Below, piece by piece: positions 32,000 through 43,083 of a stretch of 45,878 nucleotides of DNA. The stretch is taken from positions 1 to 45,878 of the forward strand of contig JAADVB010000154.1 in NCBI GenBank assembly GCA_023334545.1, read 5' to 3'. The notes beneath the pieces are model-generated. The model did not search any database and was not told where the DNA came from. It was given only the letters and a program-made list of their open reading frames with translations. Position 1 is the first letter of the stretch; the number at the start of each line of letters is the position of its first letter. The position numbers and the translations under genes were made by a program. Source of the stretch: Salisapilia sapeloensis CBS 127946. Its lineage: Eukaryota; Protista; Oomycota.

Positions 32000-33802
32000 A
32001 TGAAGACCGGATTTGCTACTTTCGGGGTGGCCGCTTCGGCTATTGCTGCTCTCTCATTGCTACCAGAGGTAGAAGGCCATGCCTATCTCATCTCTCCTCC
32101 GCCGAATTGGGCAGTCCCCAATCACAAGGACTGGTACAATCCACTAGCCTTCCTCGAAGGCTCTGGCGTGCAGACGTCCGATGATTTGCCTGGATTCATG
32201 CGAGCTCACGGTTACGCGACGTTGCGTGACATGTTGGACGATGAGAACCTGTACAACGTTGACCCAGGTCTCGACTGGCACTGCGGTCTCACGACCACGG
32301 ACACTCCAGTCCCGATCCCGGACACGAATTCTCTTCGCCTCACGGGCTACACGCACGACGGTCCGTGTGAAGTTTGGCTTGACGACACGCTTGTGCAGTC
32401 TGGTCAGAATTGTCACGCAGAGTTCCCAGGCAAGGGACAGGAGTTTGACTACAGCGCCTGTGGCGATGGCTGCATGCTGCGCTGGTACTGGCTCGGTATC
32501 CGTTACTTGAAGAACCAGTGGTCGTGGCAAGTGTACAAGAACTGCGTTCTGCTTGGCAACGGCAACACGGGAGGACGTGCAGCCGCTCCTGCTCCTTTCG
32601 GCCAAGAAGCGCAAGCTCTTCCGGCAGCTCCTGCACAGAAAGCTGCTGAACCTGTCGCGGATGTCATGGCTCAAGGCGCTTCGAACTACGTCATTGGAGA
32701 CGCTCCGGGCTATGCAGTAGGTACGACTGGAGGTGCTGGTGGCAAAGAAGTCACTCCCAACACGATCGAAGAGTTAAAGAACTACTTGTACGCGGATGAG
32801 CCGTTGGTCATCCTCATTACGAAGAAGTTTGACTTCACCGGTACGGAAGGCTCCAAGACTGACAAGGTGTGTGCTTCCCACTACTCTGTTCAGTGTCCCG
32901 ACCAGGCTCAGTACGTGATTATCGACGGCGACATTGGAAACACTGGTGGATGTGATGGTGACTACACCCAACAGGACTTCACGTGGGACTTGGCTGGCCA
33001 GACTGCTTTGCGTGTCAAGGGCGACAAGACTGTCCGTGGTATCGGCCAAAGCGGTGAGATCGTCGGCAAGGGACTCAAGGTCGTCGGTGACAACGTTATT
33101 ATCCAAAACGTGTACATTCACGACATCAACCCTCAATTTGTGTGGGGTGGTGATGCCATCGCCATTGACGGTGGAAACCAAAAGCCAGTGTCGAACGTGT
33201 GGATTGACCACGTCCGTATCAAGAACATTGGTCGTCAAATGATCGTTACGCACTACGGTGGAGCGAGATCGACGACTGTCTCGAACAGTGAATTCGATGG
33301 TACCACCGCATACTCTGCTTCGTGTGATGGACGTCACTACTGGACCTTCCTCATCTACGGCACGCAGACCAGCATCAGTCTCCTCGGCAACTACGTCCAC
33401 GACACTTCTGGACGATCTCCCAAGGCCCAGGGTAACGAAGGCCAGCCGACGTACGTGCATGTTGCGAACAACTACTGGGCCAACAGTGCTGGTGTCTTTG
33501 AGCTTTCGGAGGACGCTTACGTTCTTGCGGAAGGCAATGTCTTCGAGTCGGACGAGTGGTCGGACCAGTCGAAGAGCAACTTCTTCTTTGCTACGGATGG
33601 TGCGGACTGTTCGGCCCTCGGACGTGACTGTGTTGCGAACCAACTTTCCGGTTCAAGTGGCGTCCAGAATGTGAACGGTGCCGCTGTCCTGTCTGGTATT
33701 TCGTCTCAATACAGTGTCAAGAACTACTCGCCAACGAGCCCGAAGAAGCTGTCTACCGGATCGTCTTTCTTTGGTGTGAACGGCGTGGAGCCATCGCTGT
33801 AA
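32000..33802 (+). CDS. Secreted bifunctional protein: AA17 lytic polysaccharide monooxygenase + Ala/Pro linker + PL1 pectin lyase
   Basis: A 26-aa signal ending in VEG exposes His1 (32078). The GYTHDGPCEVWLDD, MLRWYWLG and WQVYKNC motifs are AA17-type. After the linker come GTTGGAGG, IIQNVYIHDINPQFVWGGDAI, VWIDHV, IGRQM and SGRSPK, which are pectin lyase motifs. One open 600-codon frame. Confidence 0.9.
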   Translation: MKTGFATFGVAASAIAALSLLPEVEGHAYLISPPPNWAVPNHKDWYNPLAFLEGSGVQTSDDLPGFMRAHGYATLRDMLDDENLYNVDPGLDWHCGLTTTDTPVPIPDTNSLRLTGYTHDGPCEVWLDDTLVQSGQNCHAEFPGKGQEFDYSACGDGCMLRWYWLGIRYLKNQWSWQVYKNCVLLGNGNTGGRAAAPAPFGQEAQALPAAPAQKAAEPVADVMAQGASNYVIGDAPGYAVGTTGGAGGKEVTPNTIEELKNYLYADEPLVILITKKFDFTGTEGSKTDKVCASHYSVQCPDQAQYVIIDGDIGNTGGCDGDYTQQDFTWDLAGQTALRVKGDKTVRGIGQSGEIVGKGLKVVGDNVIIQNVYIHDINPQFVWGGDAIAIDGGNQKPVSNVWIDHVRIKNIGRQMIVTHYGGARSTTVSNSEFDGTTAYSASCDGRHYWTFLIYGTQTSISLLGNYVHDTSGRSPKAQGNEGQPTYVHVANNYWANSAGVFELSEDAYVLAEGNVFESDEWSDQSKSNFFFATDGADCSALGRDCVANQLSGSSGVQNVNGAAVLSGISSQYSVKNYSPTSPKKLSTGSSFFGVNGVEPSL

Positions 33803-35071
33803 GATCGAATGCGTCTGATAAATAAGCAAAGGATGTTTTCATGATGACTTCAATACACAAATGTTAATTTGCAAGTAGTTGTTTCTTGGCCAAGATTTGA
33901 ACATGTACGCTTCATTACTGCTTATAAGATTTAAACTATCAGTAAGAATAGATCTACAAACCAGTACGCTTCATCCGTGGCTGCACTACTCGCCAAATTT
34001 TTTCAACACATCCCGGCAATGCCCATGTGTCCATGCAAAAATGTGCTCTCTGTAAATCGAATGAAGACGTTGTTACACATAGAAACCTTGACGACGTATG
34101 CTACTTGATTGGAAGCGCCAGCAGATATAGCAGCATTTCCGATACTCTAGCTTTTCCGCATTCAAATGGATTCATGTTTTGTAGGTGCGAGATGTCGAGT
34201 CGACTGGAAGTAGATTGTTCGCCTTTAATACGCAGGTAGAATTTTTCGTTTAACACTTTGGTTTGCCCATCGCCTGGTCGCGCCTGACTCTACCAACGTG
34301 GATGTCTTTTCGGTTTAACAATTCGTACGTGAGTGCAGGACAGCGTATGGGAATTCTGCAAAACTTTTCAAAAGGATTAGCTACCGACTGCGCTGTTTCT
34401 ACTCTCTATGAAAAGATCAGCTAGAGATTTCCAATAGCCTATGATAAGGCAAAGTCGGAGGCAATGCGTATGCACATTGCGCATTCGCTTTCGACTTTGT
34501 ATCGTCGAGATCAGTTGACTGCGCGAGAAGTTGCTTTCTAGTAGCTTCAAGTTCGTACATAGACCATCACTTGAATCGATCCTCCACTTTAAACGTCGGC
34601 AGATGGGAGATCATCTGGAACGAGTGTTTCGTAAGCGTGCTTAGACGACACCAAGCAGAATGCTCTCCATTTGTATCCGCATGATCTCCACTCGCTCCCA
34701 TGCCTCTAACCACCGTCGTAGACTAGACCATACCTCCATCTGCATCTTCCTCCTACCTCTTCCCCACCACAAACATGCCAACGTCGATTGCGTTTCCAAA
34801 GTGTACATGCGTTCATAAAAATGCAACTAGAGTCCAATACCTATCACCTCCCTCTTCGTTCAGATGACCGCCGAAACCAGGTGCCTGACGAGTACGCGGT
34901 GTCTGAAGCGATCCGCGTCGTACTTGAGCGAATGAAAACCTGATAATCCACAAGTATCTTGCACTTTGTATACTGGCAAGTAAAGATCTTGGAACTTGGA
35001 CGTTGGAGCTCACAACAACTTTTGCGCCGGAGGAGACAGATCCCAGCTCTGCAACTCGAGGAGGTGGAAAG

Positions 35072-38000
35072 ATGTTTCGATTGCGCAAGTCGGCCGCTTC
35101 GGTCCGTCGCCATAGCCTCCAGCACACGTTGGCGCCTGGTCATGTCGGTTCCATTCGACACCAAACGACTATTAAAAAACTCATGGCAGCCAACCGCGGT
35201 GAAATTGCTACGCGCATTATGCGCGCGGGCAACGAGCTGAGCATTAACACCGTCGGTATCTTTTCCAAGGAGGATCGTTTCACCCAGCATCGGTACAAGG
35301 CGGACGAATCCTTCCTGGTCGGGGAAGGCAAAACACCTGTCGCGGCGTACTTGGACATTCCGTCGATTATCAAGATCGCCAAGGAAAACAACATTGACGC
35401 GATCCACCCTGGGTACGGATTCCTGTCGGAAAACGTCGGTTTTGCCGAGGAGTGTGCCAAGCATGGCGTCAAGTTCGTCGGACCTACGCCGGATAACTTG
35501 CGGACGTTTGGTGACAAGACGTCTGCGCGAGAGATTGCCATCAAGAGTGATGTATCGGTTGTGCCAGGTTCGTACTTTTGCTTTTCACTTTATTCCCATG
35601 GCACATCCTTTGCGATGGTGCAGAGTACATATCTTTAAAGGTCGCTTGCATGTGACTTGATGGGTTGACCTGCATCGTCCGACATGCGATATATCGGTCA
35701 GTTGCTTACAAACATATTCTCAATAGGCACGGATGGACCTGTGGCAACTTTCCAGGAAGCAAAAAAGTTCATTGACTCTGGTGTTGGATACCCGGTCATC
35801 ATCAAGGCTAGTATGGGCGGTGGTGGACGCGGTATGCGTGTCGTCAACTCGGCCGACGAGCTTGAAGAGAATTTTGAGCGCGCGACGTCCGAAGCATTGG
35901 CTGCTTTTGGTGACGGCACGGTCTTCATTGAACGCTACGTTAAGAACCCGCGTCATATTGAGGTCCAGATCTTGGGAGATGGTAAGGGAGAGGTCGTGCA
36001 CCTGTACCATCGTGATTGCTCCGTCCAGCGCCGTCACCAAAAGGTTTTAGAGACAGCTCCTGCTGTGGGACTGGACCCTGTAACGGAGAAGGCGATGATC
36101 GACGATGCCGTGCGTCTCACCAAGGCCGCTAACTACTTAAATGCTGGTACGGTCGAGTTCCTTGTGGATGAGCAAGGCCGCCACTACTTTATCGAAGTGA
36201 ATCCTCGTATCCAAGTGGAGCATACGATCACGGAAGAAATCACCGGCATTGACCTCGTGCAAAGTCAGATCCGTTTGGCTGGAGGAGACAGCTTTGAAGA
36301 TCTGGGACTCTATCAGGACAAGATCAAGCCGCGTGGACATGCCATGCAGTGCCGTGTGACGACGGAAGACCCATCGAAGGACTTCCAACCGGACTCTGGC
36401 GTCATTGAAGTCTTCCGATCTCCCGGTGGAATGGGCATCCGTCTCGATGACGGTCCTGGTTTCGTCGGTGCGCACATCACGCCGCACTACGATTCCCTTT
36501 TGGTGAAGGTGACGGCTAGAGCGCTGGAACGTGAGGACGCTGCCCGCAAGCTACGCCGAGCACTGTCTGAGTTCCGCGTGCGTGGTGTGACCACAAACAA
36601 GAGCTTTTTGCAGAACGTGTTGAACCACCATGACTTTGTGCACGGTACGGTAGACACGGGCTTTATCGCAGCGAACCCTCAGTTGCTCGAGCCTTCGCGA
36701 TCGACCAACCGTGGACAGAAGCTATTGAAATACATTGGTAACACGATTGTCAACGGACCGGAGAAGGCACTTGGCGCCACTGGCGACGCACCTGCGAACG
36801 TTGACGCCACGAAGCTTATCCCGAATATCCCGGAGCCTTCGAAGAAGTCCAAGTCGTTGCGTGAAGTGTACACTTCGCAAGGCCCCGAGGCATTTGCCAA
36901 GGCTGTGCGAGAGAACAAGGGCGTCTTAATCACGGACACGACATGGCGTGATGCCCACCAGAGTCTCTTGGCGACTCGTCTGCGTACGAGAGACATGGCT
37001 GCGGTTGCGCCTGCAACTGCCAATGCTCTGCACAACGCCTTCTCGCTCGAGATGTGGGGTGGTGCGACGTTCGATGTGTCTATGCGTTTTCTTCGTGAAG
37101 ACCCGTGGGATCGTCTGACAGAATTGCGAGAAATGGTTCCGGACATTCCGTTCCAGATGCTCCTTCGTGGTGCCAACGCCGTCGGATACACGAGTTACCC
37201 GGACAATGTGGTGTACAAATTCTGTGAACAAGCACAAAAGTCTGGCATGGATGTCTTCCGTGTCTTCGATTCGCTCAACTACCTCGAGAACATGCGTCTA
37301 GGCATTGATGCAGTCGGTGCTGCTGGTGGTATCATTGAAGGTACTGTGTGCTACACGGGTGATGTGACGAACCCAGGCAAGAGCGTGTACACGCTGGACT
37401 ACTACCTCGACTTTGTGCGCCAACTAGTCGACCTCGGCATTCACACGTTGGCGATTAAAGACATGGCTGGTCTGCTCAAGCCTCAGGCCGCCAAGCTGCT
37501 TGTTTCGAGCATCCGACAGGAGTTCCCAAACCTTCCGATCCACGTCCACACGCACGACACGGCGGGTACGGGTGTGAGCTCCATGCTGGAAGCGGCGTAC
37601 GCTGGTGCCGACGCGATTGACGTCGCGACGGACGCCATGTCCGGCACGACTGCCCAGCCATCGATGGGTGCGGTCGTGTCTGCTCTGCAAGGCACCGAGT
37701 ACGACACAGGTGTCGACCCAGCGCAGATCAACTCGATCAACGACTACTGGGAGACGCTTCGTGGTGTGTACGCTCCGTTCGAGTCCGGCCAGAAGTCTGG
37801 ATCCGCCGACGTGTACATGCACGAGATGCCTGGTGGACAGTACACGAACTTGCTGTACCAGAGTTCTCAGCTCGGTCTCGAAGGCCAGTGGCCGGCGATT
37901 AAGAAGGCGTACGCGACGGCGAACAACCTTCTCGGAGACATCATCAAGGTGACACCATCGAGTAAGGTCGTGGGTGACTTTGCCCAGTTCATTGTGCAGA

Positions 38001-38815
38001 ACAACTTGACGGAAGAAGAGGTGGTGGAGCAAGCGGAGAAGCTGTCGTTCCCGAAGAGTGTCATTGAGTACTTCCAAGGCTACCTTGGTATCCCTCACCA
38101 CGGCTTCCCGGAACCTCTCCGATCCCGTGTGCTCAAGGGCAAGACGCTTCCAAATGGCAAGACCATGTTTGAAGGTCGACCTGGTGCCGAGATGGATCCG
38201 TACGACTTTGACGCGGCGGAGAGTCAGCTCAAGGAAAAGTACGGAGCAGACAAGATTCGCGACCTGGATGTCATGTCCTACGCCATGTATCCGGATGTGT
38301 ACGAAGACTTTATGCGCTTCAAGGACGAGTTCGGGTCGATGCACTACCTCGACACGCGCACGTTCCTCGCCGGTCTCGAAGTCGGCCAAGAAGCGACGTT
38401 GGAGATTGAGCACGGCAAGACGATCTTTGTCAAGCTCAAGGCGCTTGGCGAAGCGAGCAAGACGGACGGCATGCGCGACGTGATCTTTGAGCTCAACGGC
38501 CACCAGCGTGTGGTGCGTGTCAAGGATGAGGCGGCTGGTGCGACCGAGATGGCCAAGCCCAAGGCGAATCCGTCGGTGGCTGGATCGGTCGGTGCCCCAA
38601 TGCCTGGTGTCGTATTGGATGTGCGTGTGAAGCCTGGTCAGGTCGTGGAAGAAGGCGCTCCGTTGGTGGTGCTCAGCGCCATGAAGATGGAGACGGTTGT
38701 GGCTGCCCCTGTGGCTGGAAAGATCAAGCAGATCTTTACGAGCGTCGGGGACAACATGCAGGGCGGCGACTTGATTGTCGACATTGATGAGGCTGGTGAA
38801 GCGGATGAAGAGTAA
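35072..38815 (+). CDS. PYC: Pyruvate carboxylase with a probable mitochondrial presequence; exons 35072-35567 and 35727-38815
   Basis: [25 protein letters not shown], spliced [43 protein letters not shown], biotinylation motif AMKM. 159-nt GT-AG intron. Confidence 0.97.
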
Positions 38816-39864
38816 ATGAAAATCGGTTTATGACTTTGGAATACATCCTTATAAGATTGCTTCCGTAGTGACTCGTAGGCAAGGGATGCATGTATCCTCG
38901 TCTAGCGTTGCTTAGTATATATCAGAGCTGCATGTCGCGTGCCTTTCTATAGGAAGCTTGGAAGGATTGATGGAGAGCGAGTAACCTTTAGTTTTCAGTC
39001 GCGTTGCATCGTTGTTTTCTGGTCGGAGGGTTTAGCTGAGATAGCGTCAACGACACACAGTATGTGGTAAGACATCGATCCGAATGCAGTGAAGGATGGT
39101 CTGCTAGAGGTGGATAGCGTGGTCATAATGACCTTGGCAGACGAGCGAGGTAGTTTGTAAATGACGACCGACGAAGTGATATACGATATGAATATTAATT
39201 AAGAAACCACGGTAGCTTCCTCGAGCAAGAGACAAAGTGCCGAGTCAGCGCGACACGAAAGAATCCAAACGCAGAGAATCATCAGATGGAAAGTAGCTAT
39301 GTGATGATGCTATGTGGGTTGTGATATCTCGTGTCGTACTCATGTCCTTCTTCTTGCGCGTACGTCATTTGCAACGGCAGTACGTCGGATTAGGATCTCT
39401 TAGATACCCAATCAATCAAGACTGGATAGACTCTTCTAGTCGACGAATATCGACAAAGTTCATACGACCACATCTACATATCGTCTCTAGTATGTTACAC
39501 ATTGTGTCCCATGGACACCTCGTGCTACATCGCGTTCTGCGGTCTAATACAGTTCACAGCGTTCCTTCGCTGTCGTGTCACGCATATCGCATCCATCTCC
39601 ATCTCTCCTTCCAGTAAAAATGTCGAAAGTGTACCTAGCACCTCGGTGTCGAAACTTGGCCGCCACGTGCGCTCGATTCGATTCCTTCCAACGCATCCTT
39701 GCCGTTGCTCTGGTCGTCCGAAGGTCCTCTGTATGGCCTGATCGTCTGCTCGCATGTCGTCGCAACAGCATTACATGCGCACGGACATTCGGTTCTCACT
39801 CCGCTTTTTCGCCTTCCTATCGCACGAGGAGCGAGCGTTTGGTATTTCGCTATTTGCTTTCATC

Positions 39865-42800
39865 ATGGCATCCAACAGTGCAGTCCAGGCCAAGATGAAC
39901 GACCTGCTCATGGTCGATTCAGCAGATGAAGCGCATATTGTCCAGGAGATCGTCCAGCGATATCGACAGGGCTATGTCTACACGTTCCTCGGCCCAGTGC
40001 TGATCGCCATGAACCCGTATCGACAGCTTACGAACAAGGACGGAACGTCCATCTACGACATGAGTCTCGTGAAAGACTTTTCAGGCAAAGAGCTCCATTT
40101 GTGCGACCCACATCCGTTCGCGATCGCCGAGGCGGCGTACACGAACCTCATGCGATTTAACAATGACCAGTCGATCCTCATCACAGGGGAATCTGGTAGT
40201 GGCAAAACAGAGACGTCCAAGCACGTCATGCAGTATCTCACGACCATCTCGACGCGCAGTCGAGCTCGCAGTGCAGTCATGGCCAATCGTCGGCTGTCGG
40301 TGGCACAGCGACAGGAGGTAGATGACCTCATCGGCAGAGTAACAGAAGTCCTGTGGGGCTCCAACCCGGTCTTGGAAGCCTTTGGCAACGCCCAGACGAT
40401 CCGAAATAACAACTCGAGTCGATTCGGCAAGTACATTGTCCTCCAGATGAACCGCATTGGACAGGTGACAGGAGGGTACATTGACAACTACTTGCTGGAG
40501 CGTTCTCGAGTCATCCAGCAATCCGAAGGCGAGCGGTCGTTCCACATTTTCTACCAACTCCTGGCTGGTGCGACGGACAAGCAGCGAGAGGAGTTTGACC
40601 TCTTGCCTGCTGACGAGTACTCGTTCCTGTCGAATGGGGATGTGACGATCGATGGCGTAGATGACGCTGCGCACTTTAAGCACACGATGGAGAAGATGTC
40701 GGCCGTAGGTGTCACCAAGGAGGAGCAGCACCAGATCTTCCAGCTCTTGGCGGCAATTCTCTGGACTGGTAACATCCAATTCACCGAGACGACGGACGAG
40801 GCGCACAATAAGATCGCCAAGCTGGATGGAGAGGATAGTCGCAAGGCTTTACAGAACGTCGCGCGTCTCCTAGGTATCGAAGAGCAGCGTCTAGAGAACA
40901 TGGTGTCGTATCGTACGCTGAACATCTACCGCTCGGACCAGCAGCTTCTCTTTGACGCTCGTCAAGCACGTAAAGTGTGCGACTCGATCGCTCGGTCTAC
41001 GTACGAAAAGCTCTTCAACTGGCTCGTCGGTCGTATCAACCAGAACGTCCACGTCGATCCGAAGCACGTGAGCAACTGCGTCGGTATCTTGGACATCTAC
41101 GGCTTTGAGATTTTTGAGGTGAACCAGTTCGAGCAGCTGTGTATCAACTATGTGAACGAGAAACTTCAGCAGCTCTTTATCTCCCAGACGCTCGAGCGAG
41201 AGCAGGAGGAGTATAAGAAGGAGGGACTCAAGTGGGATGGCGTGTCGTACTCGAACAACCAGGTCGTGTGTGACTTGATTGAGAACCAGAAGACTCATGG
41301 ACTCTTCCCGCTCCTAGATGAACAATGTGCCATCTCGCGATTGGACACGCTGGAGCTTATTGAAAGGTACAATGCGGCGCATAGTAAGAACCCGGCGTAC
41401 GTTGCGAGTCGTATCCAAGGTCCGAACTTTTCTGTCAAGCATTATGCCGGAGAAGTCGAGTATGACGTGACGCTCTTCTTTGAAGCGAATGTCGATACGT
41501 TCTTCAACGAGATGCATGAAGCCATGGCAGACTCGACCGTCCCGTTCGTCCGAGACATCTTTGTCGACGAACGGACGGACGCCGAGAAGAAGAAGCGACC
41601 GCCATCCACTTCGCAGCAGTTCCGTTCTCACGTCGCATCACTCCTTAAGAACTTGGAAGGATGTAACCCGAACTACATTCGATGCGTGAAACCGAATGAG
41701 AAGAAGCAGCCACTAGCTGTGAGTGAGAAGCTCGTGACGGAGCAAGTGCACTACCTCGGTCTCGTGGAACACCTCCACGTACGTCGTCAAGGCTTTTGCT
41801 ATAGCGAGACGTATGCCAACTTCCTCAAGCGATACAAGTTCCTGTCGCCTCGGACGTGGCCGGATTGTAAGGAGCATTCGTCTCGTAAAGCTGCCGTGGA
41901 GCTCTTGACGGATCCGAACCTTGGCATCCCAGATGTCGACTCTCCGGCTCTCATCCCGTTTGAAGAAGACTCGAACACGCTCGGATGCTTTGCACTTGGT
42001 CGCTCCAAGATCTTTTTGAAACACCCACAAGCATTGTCTGCGTTGGAGATGGCTCGAGAGAGAAACCTCCCGGTCATGGTAGCTCTCTTGGAGAACACTT
42101 GGCGTCGGTATAAGAACCGACAGGCGCTTAAGCTCTTCATGAGTGCCTCGACAGAGCTCTTTACAGCGCATGAGAAGCTCATGGGAAACTGTATTGAGCG
42201 TCGGAAGCGTCGGGTGGAAGATAAGGAGCGGAAGGCAGTCTTGTATCTCCACTGGAATGATCTGTCGTCCAAGCTCCTCAAGGACGAGAGTCGACTGTCG
42301 GCGCAGCTGCAGGAACGCGAGAAGGAGAACCTGGTTATCTTTACCCAGAGCTTTGTACGCATGCAGATCGCTCGACGACGTCTGCTCAAGATGAAGAAGG
42401 CGCAGCAGATGGTCAGTAAGGTCTATCGGGGCGTCCACACGAGGCAGCAGATGCCTCCGAAGCTGTATGAAGCCTGTAAGCAGGTGCTGCTAGGCATTCG
42501 TACGGACTTTGAGAAGTTTATGGGCGAGAAGAAACGGAGACGAGACTCGCTCGATCGACCGTGGACGCAGGATTACATTGGGATGAAGCAGCTGCCGGCG
42601 TACTCGACGCTCGTGAAGAATAAGAAGGAGAGGCATGTCAAGTTTGTGGCGCAAGTGGACAAGGTGAATGAGCGCTTTGTCCACCAGTCGCGCGTGTTGC
42701 TCGTGTCCGATCGATACTTGTTCAATCTCAAGGCCGAGCCACTGCAGAAACCAAAGGAGAGGCGTGTCGTAGACTTGACGAAGCTATCTGGCATTGTGAT

Positions 42801-43083
42801 GAGCACCCTTCCGGATGACTTTGTCCTGTTGCGCGTGAAGAATGAAAACGACTTGCTCTGTTCGTGTGCTCAGAAGACCGAGTTCGTGTCTGTATTGCGA
42901 GAACGAGTGGAGAGTCTTAGTGGAAGGCAGCTGCCGGTCGAGTTTTTGAGCGAAAGTGAGTTTTATGGGGTGAAAGGTAAGCCTCTGATGCTCAAGTTTG
43001 AGGCCCAGTCGGCTGCGCAAAAGGTCGAGTGTGTCAAGCAGGATAAGAAGACCATGGTCGTGCGCGTACCTGTGAGTCTGTGA
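39865..43083 (+). CDS. MYO1: Class I myosin (motor + IQ neck + TH1 tail)
   Basis: GESGSGKT P-loop, LEAFGNAQTIRNNNSSRFGKY, GILDIYGFE, NYIRCVKPN, IQ-like motifs and a C-terminal TH1-like region (VDKVN...RVLLVSDRYLFNL). Likely ATG at 39865. Confidence 0.93.
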   Translation: MASNSAVQAKMNDLLMVDSADEAHIVQEIVQRYRQGYVYTFLGPVLIAMNPYRQLTNKDGTSIYDMSLVKDFSGKELHLCDPHPFAIAEAAYTNLMRFNNDQSILITGESGSGKTETSKHVMQYLTTISTRSRARSAVMANRRLSVAQRQEVDDLIGRVTEVLWGSNPVLEAFGNAQTIRNNNSSRFGKYIVLQMNRIGQVTGGYIDNYLLERSRVIQQSEGERSFHIFYQLLAGATDKQREEFDLLPADEYSFLSNGDVTIDGVDDAAHFKHTMEKMSAVGVTKEEQHQIFQLLAAILWTGNIQFTETTDEAHNKIAKLDGEDSRKALQNVARLLGIEEQRLENMVSYRTLNIYRSDQQLLFDARQARKVCDSIARSTYEKLFNWLVGRINQNVHVDPKHVSNCVGILDIYGFEIFEVNQFEQLCINYVNEKLQQLFISQTLEREQEEYKKEGLKWDGVSYSNNQVVCDLIENQKTHGLFPLLDEQCAISRLDTLELIERYNAAHSKNPAYVASRIQGPNFSVKHYAGEVEYDVTLFFEANVDTFFNEMHEAMADSTVPFVRDIFVDERTDAEKKKRPPSTSQQFRSHVASLLKNLEGCNPNYIRCVKPNEKKQPLAVSEKLVTEQVHYLGLVEHLHVRRQGFCYSETYANFLKRYKFLSPRTWPDCKEHSSRKAAVELLTDPNLGIPDVDSPALIPFEEDSNTLGCFALGRSKIFLKHPQALSALEMARERNLPVMVALLENTWRRYKNRQALKLFMSASTELFTAHEKLMGNCIERRKRRVEDKERKAVLYLHWNDLSSKLLKDESRLSAQLQEREKENLVIFTQSFVRMQIARRRLLKMKKAQQMVSKVYRGVHTRQQMPPKLYEACKQVLLGIRTDFEKFMGEKKRRRDSLDRPWTQDYIGMKQLPAYSTLVKNKKERHVKFVAQVDKVNERFVHQSRVLLVSDRYLFNLKAEPLQKPKERRVVDLTKLSGIVMSTLPDDFVLLRVKNENDLLCSCAQKTEFVSVLRERVESLSGRQLPVEFLSESEFYGVKGKPLMLKFEAQSAAQKVECVKQDKKTMVVRVPVSL

